From Endomicrobiales bacterium (lineage in GTDB: Bacteria; Elusimicrobiota; Endomicrobiia; Endomicrobiales; CAWCFT01): 64,000 bases of DNA. A program made the translations under genes and the position numbers. The DNA is taken from NCBI GenBank assembly GCA_963794945.1, contig CAWCFT010000019.1, positions 2,052-66,051 of the forward strand, in the 5' to 3' direction. The stretch's first letter is position 1, and every line of letters starts with the position of its first letter. The notes beneath the pieces were generated by a model. That model saw nothing but the letters and a program-made list of their open reading frames with translations. It was not told the origin of the DNA and ran no database searches. Below, piece by piece: positions 31,142-41,560 of this stretch.

Positions 31142-33205
31142 TTATTTTCCCGTCGGGTCTTTTACGTCTATTTTTATATCGAATGTTCCCGAACCCTTCG
31201 CCTCGAGTTCAAGCTTCTTTAGAACAGCTATAACGGTTCCCTGGTATGTCTTTTCAAAACCGCTTTCCGACAAGGACACTGTAACCAGAGGGAACTGCCA
31301 GACTTCCGCCTTTGCCGAAAACTCCATCTTGAGCGAGATATTAAAGTTCTCGTCCTTTCTTTGCCACGAAGAAGCGCTCTTTATAACGGCTTGCTCGTTT
31401 TCAGACGGGCATGAGAATGCGAGGTTGAACTCTGGAGCGAACAACAATGAAACCGCTCTGTCATCGAGGTTAGTGACCGTGTATCGGACTTTTATGCCGG
31501 AATCCGTCGGCGTTATTTCTTTTGTTAGCCCTATGTGAGCCTGCCTGTCTCCGTCCCACACCATGCCGTTCCTCTTGAATATTATCTTCTTGGCCGAAGA
31601 CTCTACCTGATATTCTCCCAGCACGAAATCACCCTGCTCGCCGTACTTAGTGCGTATAAAATCTTCGAATTTTGTTTCCGGATGGATAAAATGATCTATA
31701 AGCGAAGTGCGCCTATACCAATCGTAATTGAGGTATTGATCGAGGTTTTTTTCCTTGACCTTCACCAGGTCGTGTATCGTTTGCACTCCGCTGCCCGCAC
31801 CTTGCGGGTTTGCAATAAATTCTCTGAGGCGCTTGTGGTAAGCTTCTTGCCGCCTTGTAAGGACGTTGGAAAGATTAACAGCTTTCTCTATTATGTCCCA
31901 TTCAAAAAGCGTGCCGCCGCTGTGCGGAGAGAAATAGAGGTTCTGGAATTTACTCTCGTAAATCAATTCGTTTCGCCCGTCGCAGTCGAAATCCGTTTCC
32001 ACGATCTTAGGCTTTGTATCGCGGCCTGAGACGGCTTCTTCCGCTTCTATAAGTTTTTTATAAATGGCCGTCCTGAGGTGTGGCAGGTAGAGCCCTCCGA
32101 AAACACCATGCCAGTATGCGCAGTTGCACTGCCCGGCATAGAGCAGGTCTTTGGCAGCCTTGTGGTTCAGAGATTGCGTGAACTTTTTCGAAGCTCCCAC
32201 CTTCGCACTAATATATGACATCTTTTTATGCATGTTGTTGGATTCCGGGTATTTAGTAAGGAAGTTGCGCCAGAACCCGCCTCGCAGAAAACGTTTCACC
32301 TGCGGGTTGTTCTCGAACTGTTTTACGATACCTTCAAAATCCTCCTGAGAACCGGAGGGCAGTGCCCACTCGGACATCTCGAAGTACGATGCCGTGGGAA
32401 GGTAAATCCTGCCTTCGGGCGGGTAACGGTTCATATACTCAGAGAACGTCAGGGGCTCTATCCATGACAGGTTCTTTTCTACCGCATAGAGGAAATTATC
32501 GAGCCATTTGTCTCCGTAAACATGTTTATTGGTTTCCGGCCACAACCCGAATTTTTCCCCGTCGTCAGCCATAACGAGCACATGGTTTCCGCCCTCTGTC
32601 GCGCATGAACCGAAATACTCGATTGATTTCTCTACAACCTGGAACGGCATATAATAACGAAGCTTCTGGCTTATTGGAAAAATGTTAAGTTTGACCGTTC
32701 GCTCTTCTGTGACGTAATAGCCACGGAGATTTTCTACCTCCAGACCAGCCGCAGCAAAATGAGCGTCGTCAACAACGGTGTACTGAACACCGGCTTCGGC
32801 TAGTACTCTCGCCAAGTGAGGCTCCCACACCCTCTCCGCCAGCCACATGCCTTTGGCGTCATAATTGAAAACTGTTTTTATAAGGTCCGTGAGCTTTTTT
32901 ATCTGACCCGCTTTGTCCCTGTCAGGTATGATAGACATTATTGGCTCGTAAAAACCTCCGGTAAGTATTTCCACCTGGCCAGAGGCAACCATTGTTTGCA
33001 CGTCTTTGACATAGTCCGGGTGCTTGTCCATGATGAATTCCCAGAGTATGCCAGTAGCGTGAAGCGACCATTTGATCTTCGAGTGGCGTTTCATCACTTC
33101 CATGAACGGGCCGTACGCTTCCCTGTAAGCCATCTCGAACACTTCAGGGAAGTTGCCCACCGGCTGGTGGTTATGCATACCAAAAATAAAGTTAATTTTT
33201 CTCAT
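31142..33205 (-). CDS. GH57 alpha-amylase / 4-alpha-glucanotransferase
   Basis: HNHQPVGN, WLAERVWEP, DDGEKFG, QCNCAYWHGVFGGLY; C-terminal beta-sandwich domain. Confidence 0.92.
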   Translation of the reverse strand: MRKINFIFGMHNHQPVGNFPEVFEMAYREAYGPFMEVMKRHSKIKWSLHATGILWEFIMDKHPDYVKDVQTMVASGQVEILTGGFYEPIMSIIPDRDKAGQIKKLTDLIKTVFNYDAKGMWLAERVWEPHLARVLAEAGVQYTVVDDAHFAAAGLEVENLRGYYVTEERTVKLNIFPISQKLRYYMPFQVVEKSIEYFGSCATEGGNHVLVMADDGEKFGLWPETNKHVYGDKWLDNFLYAVEKNLSWIEPLTFSEYMNRYPPEGRIYLPTASYFEMSEWALPSGSQEDFEGIVKQFENNPQVKRFLRGGFWRNFLTKYPESNNMHKKMSYISAKVGASKKFTQSLNHKAAKDLLYAGQCNCAYWHGVFGGLYLPHLRTAIYKKLIEAEEAVSGRDTKPKIVETDFDCDGRNELIYESKFQNLYFSPHSGGTLFEWDIIEKAVNLSNVLTRRQEAYHKRLREFIANPQGAGSGVQTIHDLVKVKEKNLDQYLNYDWYRRTSLIDHFIHPETKFEDFIRTKYGEQGDFVLGEYQVESSAKKIIFKRNGMVWDGDRQAHIGLTKEITPTDSGIKVRYTVTNLDDRAVSLLFAPEFNLAFSCPSENEQAVIKSASSWQRKDENFNISLKMEFSAKAEVWQFPLVTVSLSESGFEKTYQGTVIAVLKKLELEAKGSGTFDIKIDVKDPTGK

Positions 33206-33209
33206 GTTT

Positions 33210-33719
33210 TTATGCTTCCGTTTCCTTTTGTTTTTTTGGTTCGCTCTCTATAACTTCCATTACGTTTACCATGTCATCCGAAGGAAGGACCCTTCCTTCA
33301 AGCATCACGCCGCGCTCCGCTATCTCGCGCAGAGCTGTCACATCATTATCGTCTACTGAAACGTTGCGCAGTATCTGGCGCTTTCCCTGCGAATAGTGCA
33401 TACCGCCCACATTGACCGACGTAAGCTTTATACCGTAACCTAGCAGGCGAACCACATCCGAAGGACGCGATAAAAGCAGCATGACCCGGTCTTTATGTGC
33501 CTGCGGCTCCAGTAGTTTCTTTCCTGCTTCTTCCACTGAATAATTAGTTACTTTAATGTTCCTTGGAACAGCCATACTCAAAAGTATCTGCTGCATTTTG
33601 TCGGCCGCTACCTCGTCGGAAATAACCACTATGTGGTTGACACCGATGGTTTTAAGCCAGCCTTCAACTACCTGTCCGTGAATCAGCCTGTCATCAATCC
33701 TGGTAAGAACAATATCCAT
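33210..33719 (-). CDS. Mannose-family PTS IIB component
   Basis: RIDDRLIHGQV. Confidence 0.93.
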   Translation of the reverse strand: MDIVLTRIDDRLIHGQVVEGWLKTIGVNHIVVISDEVAADKMQQILLSMAVPRNIKVTNYSVEEAGKKLLEPQAHKDRVMLLLSRPSDVVRLLGYGIKLTSVNVGGMHYSQGKRQILRNVSVDDNDVTALREIAERGVMLEGRVLPSDDMVNVMEVIESEPKKQKETEA

Positions 33720-33751
33720 ATTTCTTTTACCTCAAATTGCCACTGCTAAGG

Positions 33752-34159
33752 CTACTTCAATTTTTTCAAGAATATTTCTTTTGCGTTCGCGATATTGCGT
33801 TGCCCATCGCTTATGACTTTCACCGCGAGCCCTTTGATGTCTATGTGGGTGCGGTTGATAAGTGCCGACAAAAGCATATATAGGTTGAGCCCACTAACGA
33901 TCTCAATGTTGTAATCAGTACTGAAAGGTAGGCAAGCATTGCACGGCGTTCCTCCGAGCATATCGGTGAGGATCAGTGTCCCATCGGACGTAGTTATACC
34001 TTTAAGTATCTCTCCAACACGCGCGTGCATTGTAGCGAGGCTGTCCTGTGTAGTGAGTGTCATAGCTTCAACCTCTTCCTGTTTACCTATTATCATTTCG
34101 GCAGTCCTAAGCATTTCCTTGCCCAGTTCACCATGCGTGATTATCAATATCTTTATCAT
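33752..34159 (-). CDS. Mannose-family PTS IIA component
   Basis: ITHG, TDMLGGTP, GLNL. Confidence 0.92.
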   Translation of the reverse strand: MIKILIITHGELGKEMLRTAEMIIGKQEEVEAMTLTTQDSLATMHARVGEILKGITTSDGTLILTDMLGGTPCNACLPFSTDYNIEIVSGLNLYMLLSALINRTHIDIKGLAVKVISDGQRNIANAKEIFLKKLK

Positions 34160-34162
34160 ATT

Positions 34163-35122
34163 TTACCGTCCGCGGCTCACAACTTTCATTATCATGGCCG
34201 CAAGCTTATCAGAGTCGTGGCGGGCGTATTCCTGTCTCGAAACTATGTCGGCTCTTATAACCTTGATCTTCTGTGTACTTGCAAGGTCGATCTCTACTGG
34301 GAACGACTTCTTTCTGGCATATTTCTTAAGCAGTGCCGGCGGTATCCTGCCGCTGTTAGCCACGGCGTAATCAATCAGATTCTTTCCTGTATGCCGCCGG
34401 AGCGCCTCAATGTGCGCGCTTAAGGTGTAGCCAGTTGTCTCGCCTGGCTGCGTCATTATGTTGGATATATAGATCCTTGGCACTCTAGCCTTGAACAGCG
34501 CATTTTTAATTCCCTTGACCAGAAGGTTAGCTATTATAGAAGTATAAAGCGAGCCCGGCCCAAATATCACGGCATCAGCACTGTTTATTGCTTCTATTAC
34601 GCTTGGCCCAGCAGGGGGAGGGCTCGGATATATCGATAGATGCCCTATGCCTGTTGTGCTTCTCGCTATACTTGTCTCACCTTTGATTACCTTCCCGTTA
34701 AGCAGTTCGGCTTTGAGCATCACCGAACGCAAGGTCACGGGAAGCACCTTGCCACGTATCGCTAGAACCTCACCTGCGCGCTCTATACCTGTATCGAATC
34801 CACCTGAGATAGCCGACATAGCCGTCAGAAAAAGGTTGCCGAACGAATGTCCGGACAGAGAGCCTGCGAGAGGGAAACGATACTGAAAAAGCCTCGCCAT
34901 AAGGCTTTCTTTTTCGCTCAGCGCCACAAGACAGTTGCGTATGTCTCCGGGAGGAAGCACGCCAAGCTCCCTTCTTAAGGCGCCCGAACTTCCTCCGTCG
35001 TCAGTAACGGTAACAATTGCCGTTACGTTAGGCGTGTATTTTTTTAGACCTCTAAGTAATGTTGAAAGGCCAGTCCCGCCGCCAAAAGCGACTATCCTTG
35101 GTCCCGATTCGATATTTTTCAT
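34163..35122 (-). CDS. yvcK: YvcK/GlmR (CofD-like) protein
   Basis: GGGTGL, DDGGSSG, PPGDIRN, GPGSLYTS, RHD. Confidence 0.92.
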   Translation of the reverse strand: MKNIESGPRIVAFGGGTGLSTLLRGLKKYTPNVTAIVTVTDDGGSSGALRRELGVLPPGDIRNCLVALSEKESLMARLFQYRFPLAGSLSGHSFGNLFLTAMSAISGGFDTGIERAGEVLAIRGKVLPVTLRSVMLKAELLNGKVIKGETSIARSTTGIGHLSIYPSPPPAGPSVIEAINSADAVIFGPGSLYTSIIANLLVKGIKNALFKARVPRIYISNIMTQPGETTGYTLSAHIEALRRHTGKNLIDYAVANSGRIPPALLKKYARKKSFPVEIDLASTQKIKVIRADIVSRQEYARHDSDKLAAMIMKVVSRGR

Positions 35123-35982
35123 TTCTGACAGCTGTGCATTACGTCCCTGTGATATATCTTGACGGAATACTTGTTGTTCTTTAAATATTTCGCCGCCGCT
35201 TCGGCCACTACCACTGATCGGTGCCTGCCTCCTGTGCAGCCAACAGCCAGGGTCAGGTGGCTCTTTCCTTCCTTGATATAATTGGGAAGAAGGAAATCTA
35301 TGATATCAAGAAGTTTTTTCATGAATTTACGATACAGTTTCTGCTTCTGGACATAATTCCTTACGTTGGCGTCACGCCCTGTTTTCTCGCGCATAGAAGG
35401 CACGTAATTCGGATTAGGCAGGAAGCGCACATCCATGACTATGTCCGCGTCTATAGGTATTCCATATTTATACCCAAAAGATACTAGTGATACAGAGAAA
35501 TTCCTGTTCGGTGACACCTCGAGTTCTCGGGCGAGTATTTCCTTCAGCTCGCCAATGGTCAGGTTGGATGTGTCTATTTCCTGGCCGGCAATGGCGAGAA
35601 TCTTCTCCATCAGCTTCCGCTCTTTCCTTATACCGTCGATAACTCGGCGGCCCAGCGGGTGCCTGCGCCTTGTCTCGGAATAGCGAGCGAGAAGGGTCGC
35701 ATCGTTAGCGGTAAAAAAGATTATCTTATAATTTATGTTCTTTTTTTTGATCTGGTTGAGCACCGAGTCCAACTGGCCTAGCGACTCGCCGGCCCTAATG
35801 TCGATACCAAGGGCCGCATTCTTGAATTTCTCTCCGGACTCCACAACCAAACTTGCAAATTTTGGCAGCAAGGTTATCGGCAGGTTATCTACGCACGAAA
35901 ATCCCAGATCCTCAAGTATCTTGAGAGCCTGGCTTTTTCCCGCGCCTGAAAGCCCTGTAATGATGAAAAGTTTATTTATCAC
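35119..35982 (-). CDS. rapZ: RNase adapter RapZ
   Basis: GLSGAGKS, RYSETRRRHP, DVRFLPNP, GCTGGRHRSV. Confidence 0.94.
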   Translation of the reverse strand: MINKLFIITGLSGAGKSQALKILEDLGFSCVDNLPITLLPKFASLVVESGEKFKNAALGIDIRAGESLGQLDSVLNQIKKKNINYKIIFFTANDATLLARYSETRRRHPLGRRVIDGIRKERKLMEKILAIAGQEIDTSNLTIGELKEILARELEVSPNRNFSVSLVSFGYKYGIPIDADIVMDVRFLPNPNYVPSMREKTGRDANVRNYVQKQKLYRKFMKKLLDIIDFLLPNYIKEGKSHLTLAVGCTGGRHRSVVVAEAAAKYLKNNKYSVKIYHRDVMHSCQK

Positions 35983-36022
35983 GAAAACTACTCCAGGAAT
36001 ATGTTCTTCTTAAAGTTGCTGG

Positions 36023-36958
36023 TTATTTTTGAGACATCATCTGTATCAAACGTTGGTTGAGCTCTTGGGCCGTATAATGCCCCTTGTTCTTGAGCCTCTG
36101 GTTAAGGCTAGCGATCTCGACTAGCACTGCGAGGTTTCTGCCGGGCCCCACCGGAAGCGTTATTTCAGGGACCCTGATATCAAGTATCGTTGAATAATGT
36201 TCTTCTAGGCCAACCCTCTCATATTCATGAGTGGGATCCCATGCTGTAAGCTGAATTACAAGCTCGATCTTTGATTCATCCAGGATAAAACCTATCCCGA
36301 AAAGGCTTCGCACATCTATAATTCCGAGTCCTCTGACTTCGATGTGGTGCCGTATTATCTCTTCACCCCTGCCTTCAAGGATTCCCCCGGACCGCTGGCT
36401 GATCTCAACTATATCATCCGCCACTAGCATGTGGCCTCTTTTTACAAGCTCCAGGGCACACTCAGATTTACCAATTCCCGCGTTACCCATTATCAGCACA
36501 CCCAACCCATAAACACTTACAAGCACTCCGTGAACATTTGTCGAAGGCGACATTTTGTCTTCAAGGTAGAATATCAGCTCGCCCATAAGCTGGGATGTTG
36601 TAAGGCTTGTGCCAAGCAAAGGTACGCGGAATTTCTGGTGGGCTTTCTGCATCTCCGGGAGCGGTTCTAGGCCCCTTGCCAGTATAAAACAGGGGACATC
36701 CGGAAGCGAAAGGACTTTTTCCAGGACTTCTTTCTGTTTTTCCTGCGGAAGGGAACTAAGATATGTGTATTCGCTGGTGCCTATAATCTGTATACGCTCG
36801 CTGGGGAAATTTTCAAAGTACCCCGTAAGCGCGAGCCCCGGGCGGTTCACTTCGGAAACCTTTATAGGGCGCTGGAGCCCTTCGACCCCCGCGAGAAGCT
36901 CAAGTTTCAATTCTTCGTTTTTTTCCTGAAGAAAGGTTCCTACGGTAATAACGGACAT
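36023..36958 (-). CDS. hprK: HPr kinase/phosphorylase
   Basis: HGVLV, GIGKSE, LVADD, EVRGLGII. Confidence 0.95.
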   Translation of the reverse strand: MSVITVGTFLQEKNEELKLELLAGVEGLQRPIKVSEVNRPGLALTGYFENFPSERIQIIGTSEYTYLSSLPQEKQKEVLEKVLSLPDVPCFILARGLEPLPEMQKAHQKFRVPLLGTSLTTSQLMGELIFYLEDKMSPSTNVHGVLVSVYGLGVLIMGNAGIGKSECALELVKRGHMLVADDIVEISQRSGGILEGRGEEIIRHHIEVRGLGIIDVRSLFGIGFILDESKIELVIQLTAWDPTHEYERVGLEEHYSTILDIRVPEITLPVGPGRNLAVLVEIASLNQRLKNKGHYTAQELNQRLIQMMSQK

Positions 36959-37416
36959 TAATAAGCATCCTCATGCTGGATGATCTTTATGACCTCATCA
37001 ACCGATTTAGCTTCCCTGAGCGACTGCCTGAAAAATTTATCTTTAAAAAGCCTGGATATACGTGAAAGCGCTTTAAGGTGCTGGCCAGTGACCTCTACCG
37101 GGCCCACAAGAAAAAACATTAGAAAGACCGGTTCGCCATCAAGAGAATTGAATTCAATGCCTTTCTGTGAAATACCTAGGGCACCTATCTGCTCATTGAC
37201 TGCGTCCGTTTTCCCGTGCGGTATAGCAACTCCCTGTCCTATGCCGGTAGATCCGAGCTTCTCACGTTCAAGCACCGTGGCGATGACCTCGGAGGTTTTT
37301 TTGACCTTTTTCGCTTTAGCGAGCATCTCGACTATCTCGTTGATAGCCGCTTTCTTGTCGTGCGCTTTCAGATCGATCGTAATCGCTTCGGGACACAGAA
37401 AATCCATAATCTTCAT
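36958..37416 (-). CDS. ptsN: PTS IIA(Ntr)-like protein
   Basis: EREKLGSTGIGQGVAIPH. Confidence 0.88.
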   Translation of the reverse strand: MKIMDFLCPEAITIDLKAHDKKAAINEIVEMLAKAKKVKKTSEVIATVLEREKLGSTGIGQGVAIPHGKTDAVNEQIGALGISQKGIEFNSLDGEPVFLMFFLVGPVEVTGQHLKALSRISRLFKDKFFRQSLREAKSVDEVIKIIQHEDAY

Positions 37417-37449
37417 CCGCTTTTAACCTCCATTACAATACTTGCAAGA

Positions 37450-38010
37450 TTACATTTCGGGCTCAAGCAACCCGTATGACCCGTTCTCTTTCATATAAAT
37501 AACGTTTATGAGCGACGTCTCTGCATTTAGGAACATGTAGAACTTGTATCCCATAAGGTCCATTTCCGATATGGCTTCCTTAACGGACGTGGGCTTAACA
37601 TCGAAGCGTTTCACCTCGCTGATGACGGATTCCTTTGCCCTGCTGCTGTCCTGGTCCACTACCGAAAGGAGCCTTGCACCCAGCTTATCAGGCTTTCCCT
37701 TTTTGGATCGGCTTTTGCCTTTTCTGTGGAGCTTTTCTATTTCTTTATATTTCTTGAGTTGTTTATCTATTTTATCCACGGCGAGGTCAATGGCGGCGTA
37801 TAAATCGATGGATTCTTCTTTGGCCCTGAACGTGGATTTGCTCGCGTGTATTACTATCTCCGCGACCTGGCGGTACTTCTCAACGTAGAGTATCACCTGC
37901 GCCCAGACCAGATGGTCAAAATAGCGCTCACATCTTTCTACTTTTTTTCTGACATACTCCGAAATCGGCGGTGTCAGTGCCAGATGCCTGGCTGTGATAT
38001 TGATCTGCAT
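37450..38010 (-). CDS. hpf: Ribosome hibernation promoting factor (long form)
   Basis: DLYAAID, C-terminal EAISEM...FYMF...YGLLEP. Confidence 0.92.
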   Translation of the reverse strand: MQINITARHLALTPPISEYVRKKVERCERYFDHLVWAQVILYVEKYRQVAEIVIHASKSTFRAKEESIDLYAAIDLAVDKIDKQLKKYKEIEKLHRKGKSRSKKGKPDKLGARLLSVVDQDSSRAKESVISEVKRFDVKPTSVKEAISEMDLMGYKFYMFLNAETSLINVIYMKENGSYGLLEPEM

Positions 38011-38076
38011 TTTGTCTCTCCTTTATAACATATTTTTAAAGTCTTTTCAATCATAAATGCAAAATGGTTATAGGAC

Positions 38077-38796
38077 TCAGAGCTTGAATTTCTCACCCAG
38101 GTAAACCCTGCGCGCTTCGGAACTCTCAAGAAGCTCCCGAGCGCTGCCTTCCAACAGTATCTTGCCTTCATAAATTATATATGCTCTATCAATTATTTCA
38201 AGGGTTTCCCGCACGTTATGATCAGTAATAAGTATCCCTAGTCCTTTCTTTTTCAGGTTCGCGATGATACCCTGTATATCATTTACTGTTATGGGGTCAA
38301 TGCCGACGAAAGGTTCATCTAATAGAAGGAACTTGGGGTCAGTGACAAGTGCCCTGGCTATCTCGCAGCGCCTTTTTTCACCGCCGGAAAGCGTCACCGA
38401 GATCTGTTTTGCCAGCTGCGTAAGGCCAAGCTCATCTAGCAGTGACTCTACTTTACGTTTCCGCTCCTGCTTCGTGATAGGCAAAAGTTCGGCAATGGCC
38501 CAGAGATTCTCTTCGACCGTGAGCCCCCTGAATATCGAAGGTTCTTGCGACAGATACCCGATGCCCGCTCGCGCGCGTTTAAACATCGGCCAGTCTGTTA
38601 TGGGATTGCCGTCAAGAAGGACCTCTCCATCAAGAGGTTTTATCAGGCCTACCGTCATATAGAATGTTGTTGTTTTCCCTGCACCATTTGGACCCAGCAA
38701 GCCAACGATCTCGCCCTGTTCTACACGAATATTGATACCGTCGACGACCATGCGCTTCTTGTATCTTTTCTTAAGATTACTGCTTTCAAGAATCAT
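38077..38796 (-). CDS. lptB: LPS export ABC ATPase
   Basis: GPNGAGKT, LSGGEKRR, DEPFVGIDP, TDHNVRETL. Confidence 0.95.
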   Translation of the reverse strand: MILESSNLKKRYKKRMVVDGINIRVEQGEIVGLLGPNGAGKTTTFYMTVGLIKPLDGEVLLDGNPITDWPMFKRARAGIGYLSQEPSIFRGLTVEENLWAIAELLPITKQERKRKVESLLDELGLTQLAKQISVTLSGGEKRRCEIARALVTDPKFLLLDEPFVGIDPITVNDIQGIIANLKKKGLGILITDHNVRETLEIIDRAYIIYEGKILLEGSARELLESSEARRVYLGEKFKL

Positions 38797-39509
38797 TACT
38801 TGTTTCCCTTCGCCGCGCCTTTTTTGTCATCGACCGTCATTACGGCTTTGACGTTGCCCTTAAGCAAAACCTTGTCGCCGCCTGCGAGGAACGTAACTTT
38901 GTCTGCGTTATACTTATTCTGTTTTTTGCCTTCAAAATAGATAACCAGCGGCTGAGGCACCGGCCCTGTCAGTATTACTTTCTTTTCTTTCTGAATTAAT
39001 ATGGCATTAGGAGCGTATGCCGTAACAGATGATGTAATTATCTCCACGTTGCCTTTCCCGTAAATCTCTTCTTTCTTGGAATCGAACTTTATGTTGTCCG
39101 CCCTGAAGATCACTGGTGAGGTCGAAGCCTTGATTGAATAGATTATCTCGGGCTTCCCACCAAAAAGCTCTCCGAGCTCACTGTTCATGTCATATGTCGC
39201 GTTCTGGGAAGACCCTCTCATGGGTTCGCTGTCCTGCGTTACAGAGTAGAACATCACGTTGCCAAAGGCTTCAACGCGGTTATTTACTTTATCCTGAACG
39301 ATCTTGTCAGCGGTGAGCTCATTGACACCCTTATTAACCTTAGCCCCGCCCGAGAATACAACCTTTTTCCCGCTCCCAGTTATTTCCATCTGCGCGCCGG
39401 TTATTATTGTCTTTGGCTCAGCCGCACCAGATAAAACGCTCAAGCGCAACAGGAAGATTACAGAGCAAAGCCAGAAATATTTACCTGACAAAAAGTACTG
39501 TATTGTCAA
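38796..39509 (-). CDS. lptA: LptA/OstA-family beta-jellyroll protein
   Basis: Signal peptide, repeated L.AD.I / GNV strands, located between lptC and lptB. Confidence 0.7.
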   Translation of the reverse strand: MTIQYFLSGKYFWLCSVIFLLRLSVLSGAAEPKTIITGAQMEITGSGKKVVFSGGAKVNKGVNELTADKIVQDKVNNRVEAFGNVMFYSVTQDSEPMRGSSQNATYDMNSELGELFGGKPEIIYSIKASTSPVIFRADNIKFDSKKEEIYGKGNVEIITSSVTAYAPNAILIQKEKKVILTGPVPQPLVIYFEGKKQNKYNADKVTFLAGGDKVLLKGNVKAVMTVDDKKGAAKGNK

Positions 39510-40078
39510 TTGATTCTCTTTTTTGGTGTCAACCCGTCAGACTTTACCTCGACCCGTTGTTTCATTATCGTTATGGTCTCGAGATCTGGAGTAGCCTCCA
39601 TACCTTCACCATAAATGATCTCATCTGGTTTAATGAGTTTCACTTTTTCCTGTGTGACTACTTTTTTAATATCCGACCGATAATGGAGGTTCCTAGTCTC
39701 CAGCCTCTCGTCTTTTATCGTAGTGAGCACGCATCTGCTGTCGCCCCAGATATCATAGTTCTCGGTATTTATCCTGCCGCTGGCAGCAACGAGGGTTGAT
39801 ACGTATTTTCCGTTCTGATAGAATTTTATTCTAGGAGAAGAGAGCAGCACTTTTTTCTCTATTTCAAGGATCTGCGCTGAATCGGCATCCAACACCCAGT
39901 GAGGCAGGCCTTTTTCCGTCTCCGTTACGTTAAACTTCTCTATAGCTTGTTCCGGTATCGGCGGCGGTTTTTCCAGCTTATCTTTTTTCGCGCTTTCAAA
40001 GGAGTAAAACACAAGAAGAAAAATAAATCCCAAAATGGCAATACCGGACATCAACTTTCGTTTACCAAAAACCGCCAT
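39506..40078 (-). CDS. lptC: LPS export protein LptC
   Basis: N-terminal TM, WVLDADSA, jellyroll pattern, synteny; start moved to MAVFGK. Confidence 0.75.
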   Translation of the reverse strand: MAVFGKRKLMSGIAILGFIFLLVFYSFESAKKDKLEKPPPIPEQAIEKFNVTETEKGLPHWVLDADSAQILEIEKKVLLSSPRIKFYQNGKYVSTLVAASGRINTENYDIWGDSRCVLTTIKDERLETRNLHYRSDIKKVVTQEKVKLIKPDEIIYGEGMEATPDLETITIMKQRVEVKSDGLTPKKRIN

Positions 40079-40115
40079 AAGTTTTTCCAGTGTTTCAAAA
40101 ATCAAAAAATCTGTT

Positions 40116-41009
40116 CTAACCGGCCTTTTGCGTTTTCCAACGCTCGTGCATCCACACCCACTGCCCTGGATAAGCACGTATGTGTTCTTCTATAAGTTTA
40201 GTGATCATCCCGGTGTTCTCAAGCACATCTTTCTCATGATCACCGGTCCTTACCAGCTCTATGGGCCCTGTTATAATGGCCTTATGCGAATCATCAGGAA
40301 GCCTTGTGTCCAGCGCCAGCACTACCTGCGCATCGGTTTTAAGCGCTATCGACGCAAGTCCAGAAGGTGTCCATGCTTGTCTTGAAAAAAAATTTACAAA
40401 AACCCCGGGAACTTGAGTGTCCTGGTCAATGAGCATTGCAAGAGTTTCGCCGCCTCTCAACGCCTTGAGCATCTTCCTTGCCGAATCCTTGTCGGAACGG
40501 AAAATAACTTTCATCCCCATCATGTTCCTTAGCTCAAGAAGCATCTGGTTAAGGCTTTCTATGTATATACGCTTCGCTATAACGTTAACGCCAAAACCTA
40601 ATGTTGAAAGCGCGGATCCCATAAATTCCCAATTCGCACAGTGAGCGCTTGCCATAAGAACGCCTTTACCAACGGAGCAGGCCTTTGAATAGCCTTCCGC
40701 GTTCTCTATGCTAATCAGGTTCTTTAACCGATCCTTTGTCAATCTGGGGTAATAAAACACCTCGAAGGCATTCTTACCCTGATTTATGAAAACCTCTTTT
40801 GCTATATTTCTTATCTCGTCTTCGCTCTTTTCGGGGAATGCTTTTCTCAGATTATCTTCGGTTATTGCGCGAGCCTTTCCTACAAGATGGTAACCAACCG
40901 CGCCCAAGAAACCACCCATTTTAACCGCGGAGCGTAAAGACAACAGTCTTACCGATTTAGAAAAGAATAGAACCAGTAAATAGTAGAATTTCCTTATTAT
41001 TTTTTTCAC
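40116..41009 (-). CDS. lpxL: Lipid A late acyltransferase (LpxL/HtrB family)
   Basis: AHCANWE, LIDQD, PGQWVWMHERWK. Confidence 0.88.
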   Translation of the reverse strand: MKKIIRKFYYLLVLFFSKSVRLLSLRSAVKMGGFLGAVGYHLVGKARAITEDNLRKAFPEKSEDEIRNIAKEVFINQGKNAFEVFYYPRLTKDRLKNLISIENAEGYSKACSVGKGVLMASAHCANWEFMGSALSTLGFGVNVIAKRIYIESLNQMLLELRNMMGMKVIFRSDKDSARKMLKALRGGETLAMLIDQDTQVPGVFVNFFSRQAWTPSGLASIALKTDAQVVLALDTRLPDDSHKAIITGPIELVRTGDHEKDVLENTGMITKLIEEHIRAYPGQWVWMHERWKTQKAG

Positions 41010-41554
41010 ATGAATTTAATCAATGTAACTCTTGACGGCAGCTTCCAGTAACCCCTTGCCTTAAGCACGGCTTCTGTTACTTCCCTCAAGACACCTTTAC
41101 CACCGGCATAGGGAGAAATATAGTCGGCTTCTTTTTTTACCTCTTCGGGCGCGTCGCTGGGGCATACACCGAGCCCCACCATCCTCAGTACCGGTATATC
41201 TATAAGGTCGTCGCCAAGGAATACGGCTTCTTCAGGTTTGAGGTTGTATTTTTTCAAAATCGCTTCCATGACCCCGCGCTTTTGCATAACACCTTGATGA
41301 AAATCGTCTATCCCTATCTCTTTTGCGCGGTCGGAAACCTGTTTCGATTTCCTGCCGGTTATCCATGCCAGCTTTATGCCGGACCCCGAACGCTGGATCA
41401 GGTGAAACGCAAGGCGGTCTTTGACATTCCATATCTTTATCTCGCCGCCCTCATCGAATATTATAATCTCGCCGTTCGTAAGCACGCCATCAATATCCAT
41501 GGCGATAAGTTTGATCTTCTTTGCTTTTGACAATATTTTTTTTGATAATTTCAT
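41006..41554 (-). CDS. kdsC: Kdo-8-phosphate phosphatase
   Basis: MDIDGVLT, GDDLID, GGKGVLRE. Confidence 0.9.
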   Translation of the reverse strand: MKLSKKILSKAKKIKLIAMDIDGVLTNGEIIIFDEGGEIKIWNVKDRLAFHLIQRSGSGIKLAWITGRKSKQVSDRAKEIGIDDFHQGVMQKRGVMEAILKKYNLKPEEAVFLGDDLIDIPVLRMVGLGVCPSDAPEEVKKEADYISPYAGGKGVLREVTEAVLKARGYWKLPSRVTLIKFM

Positions 41555-41560
41555 TTTGTT

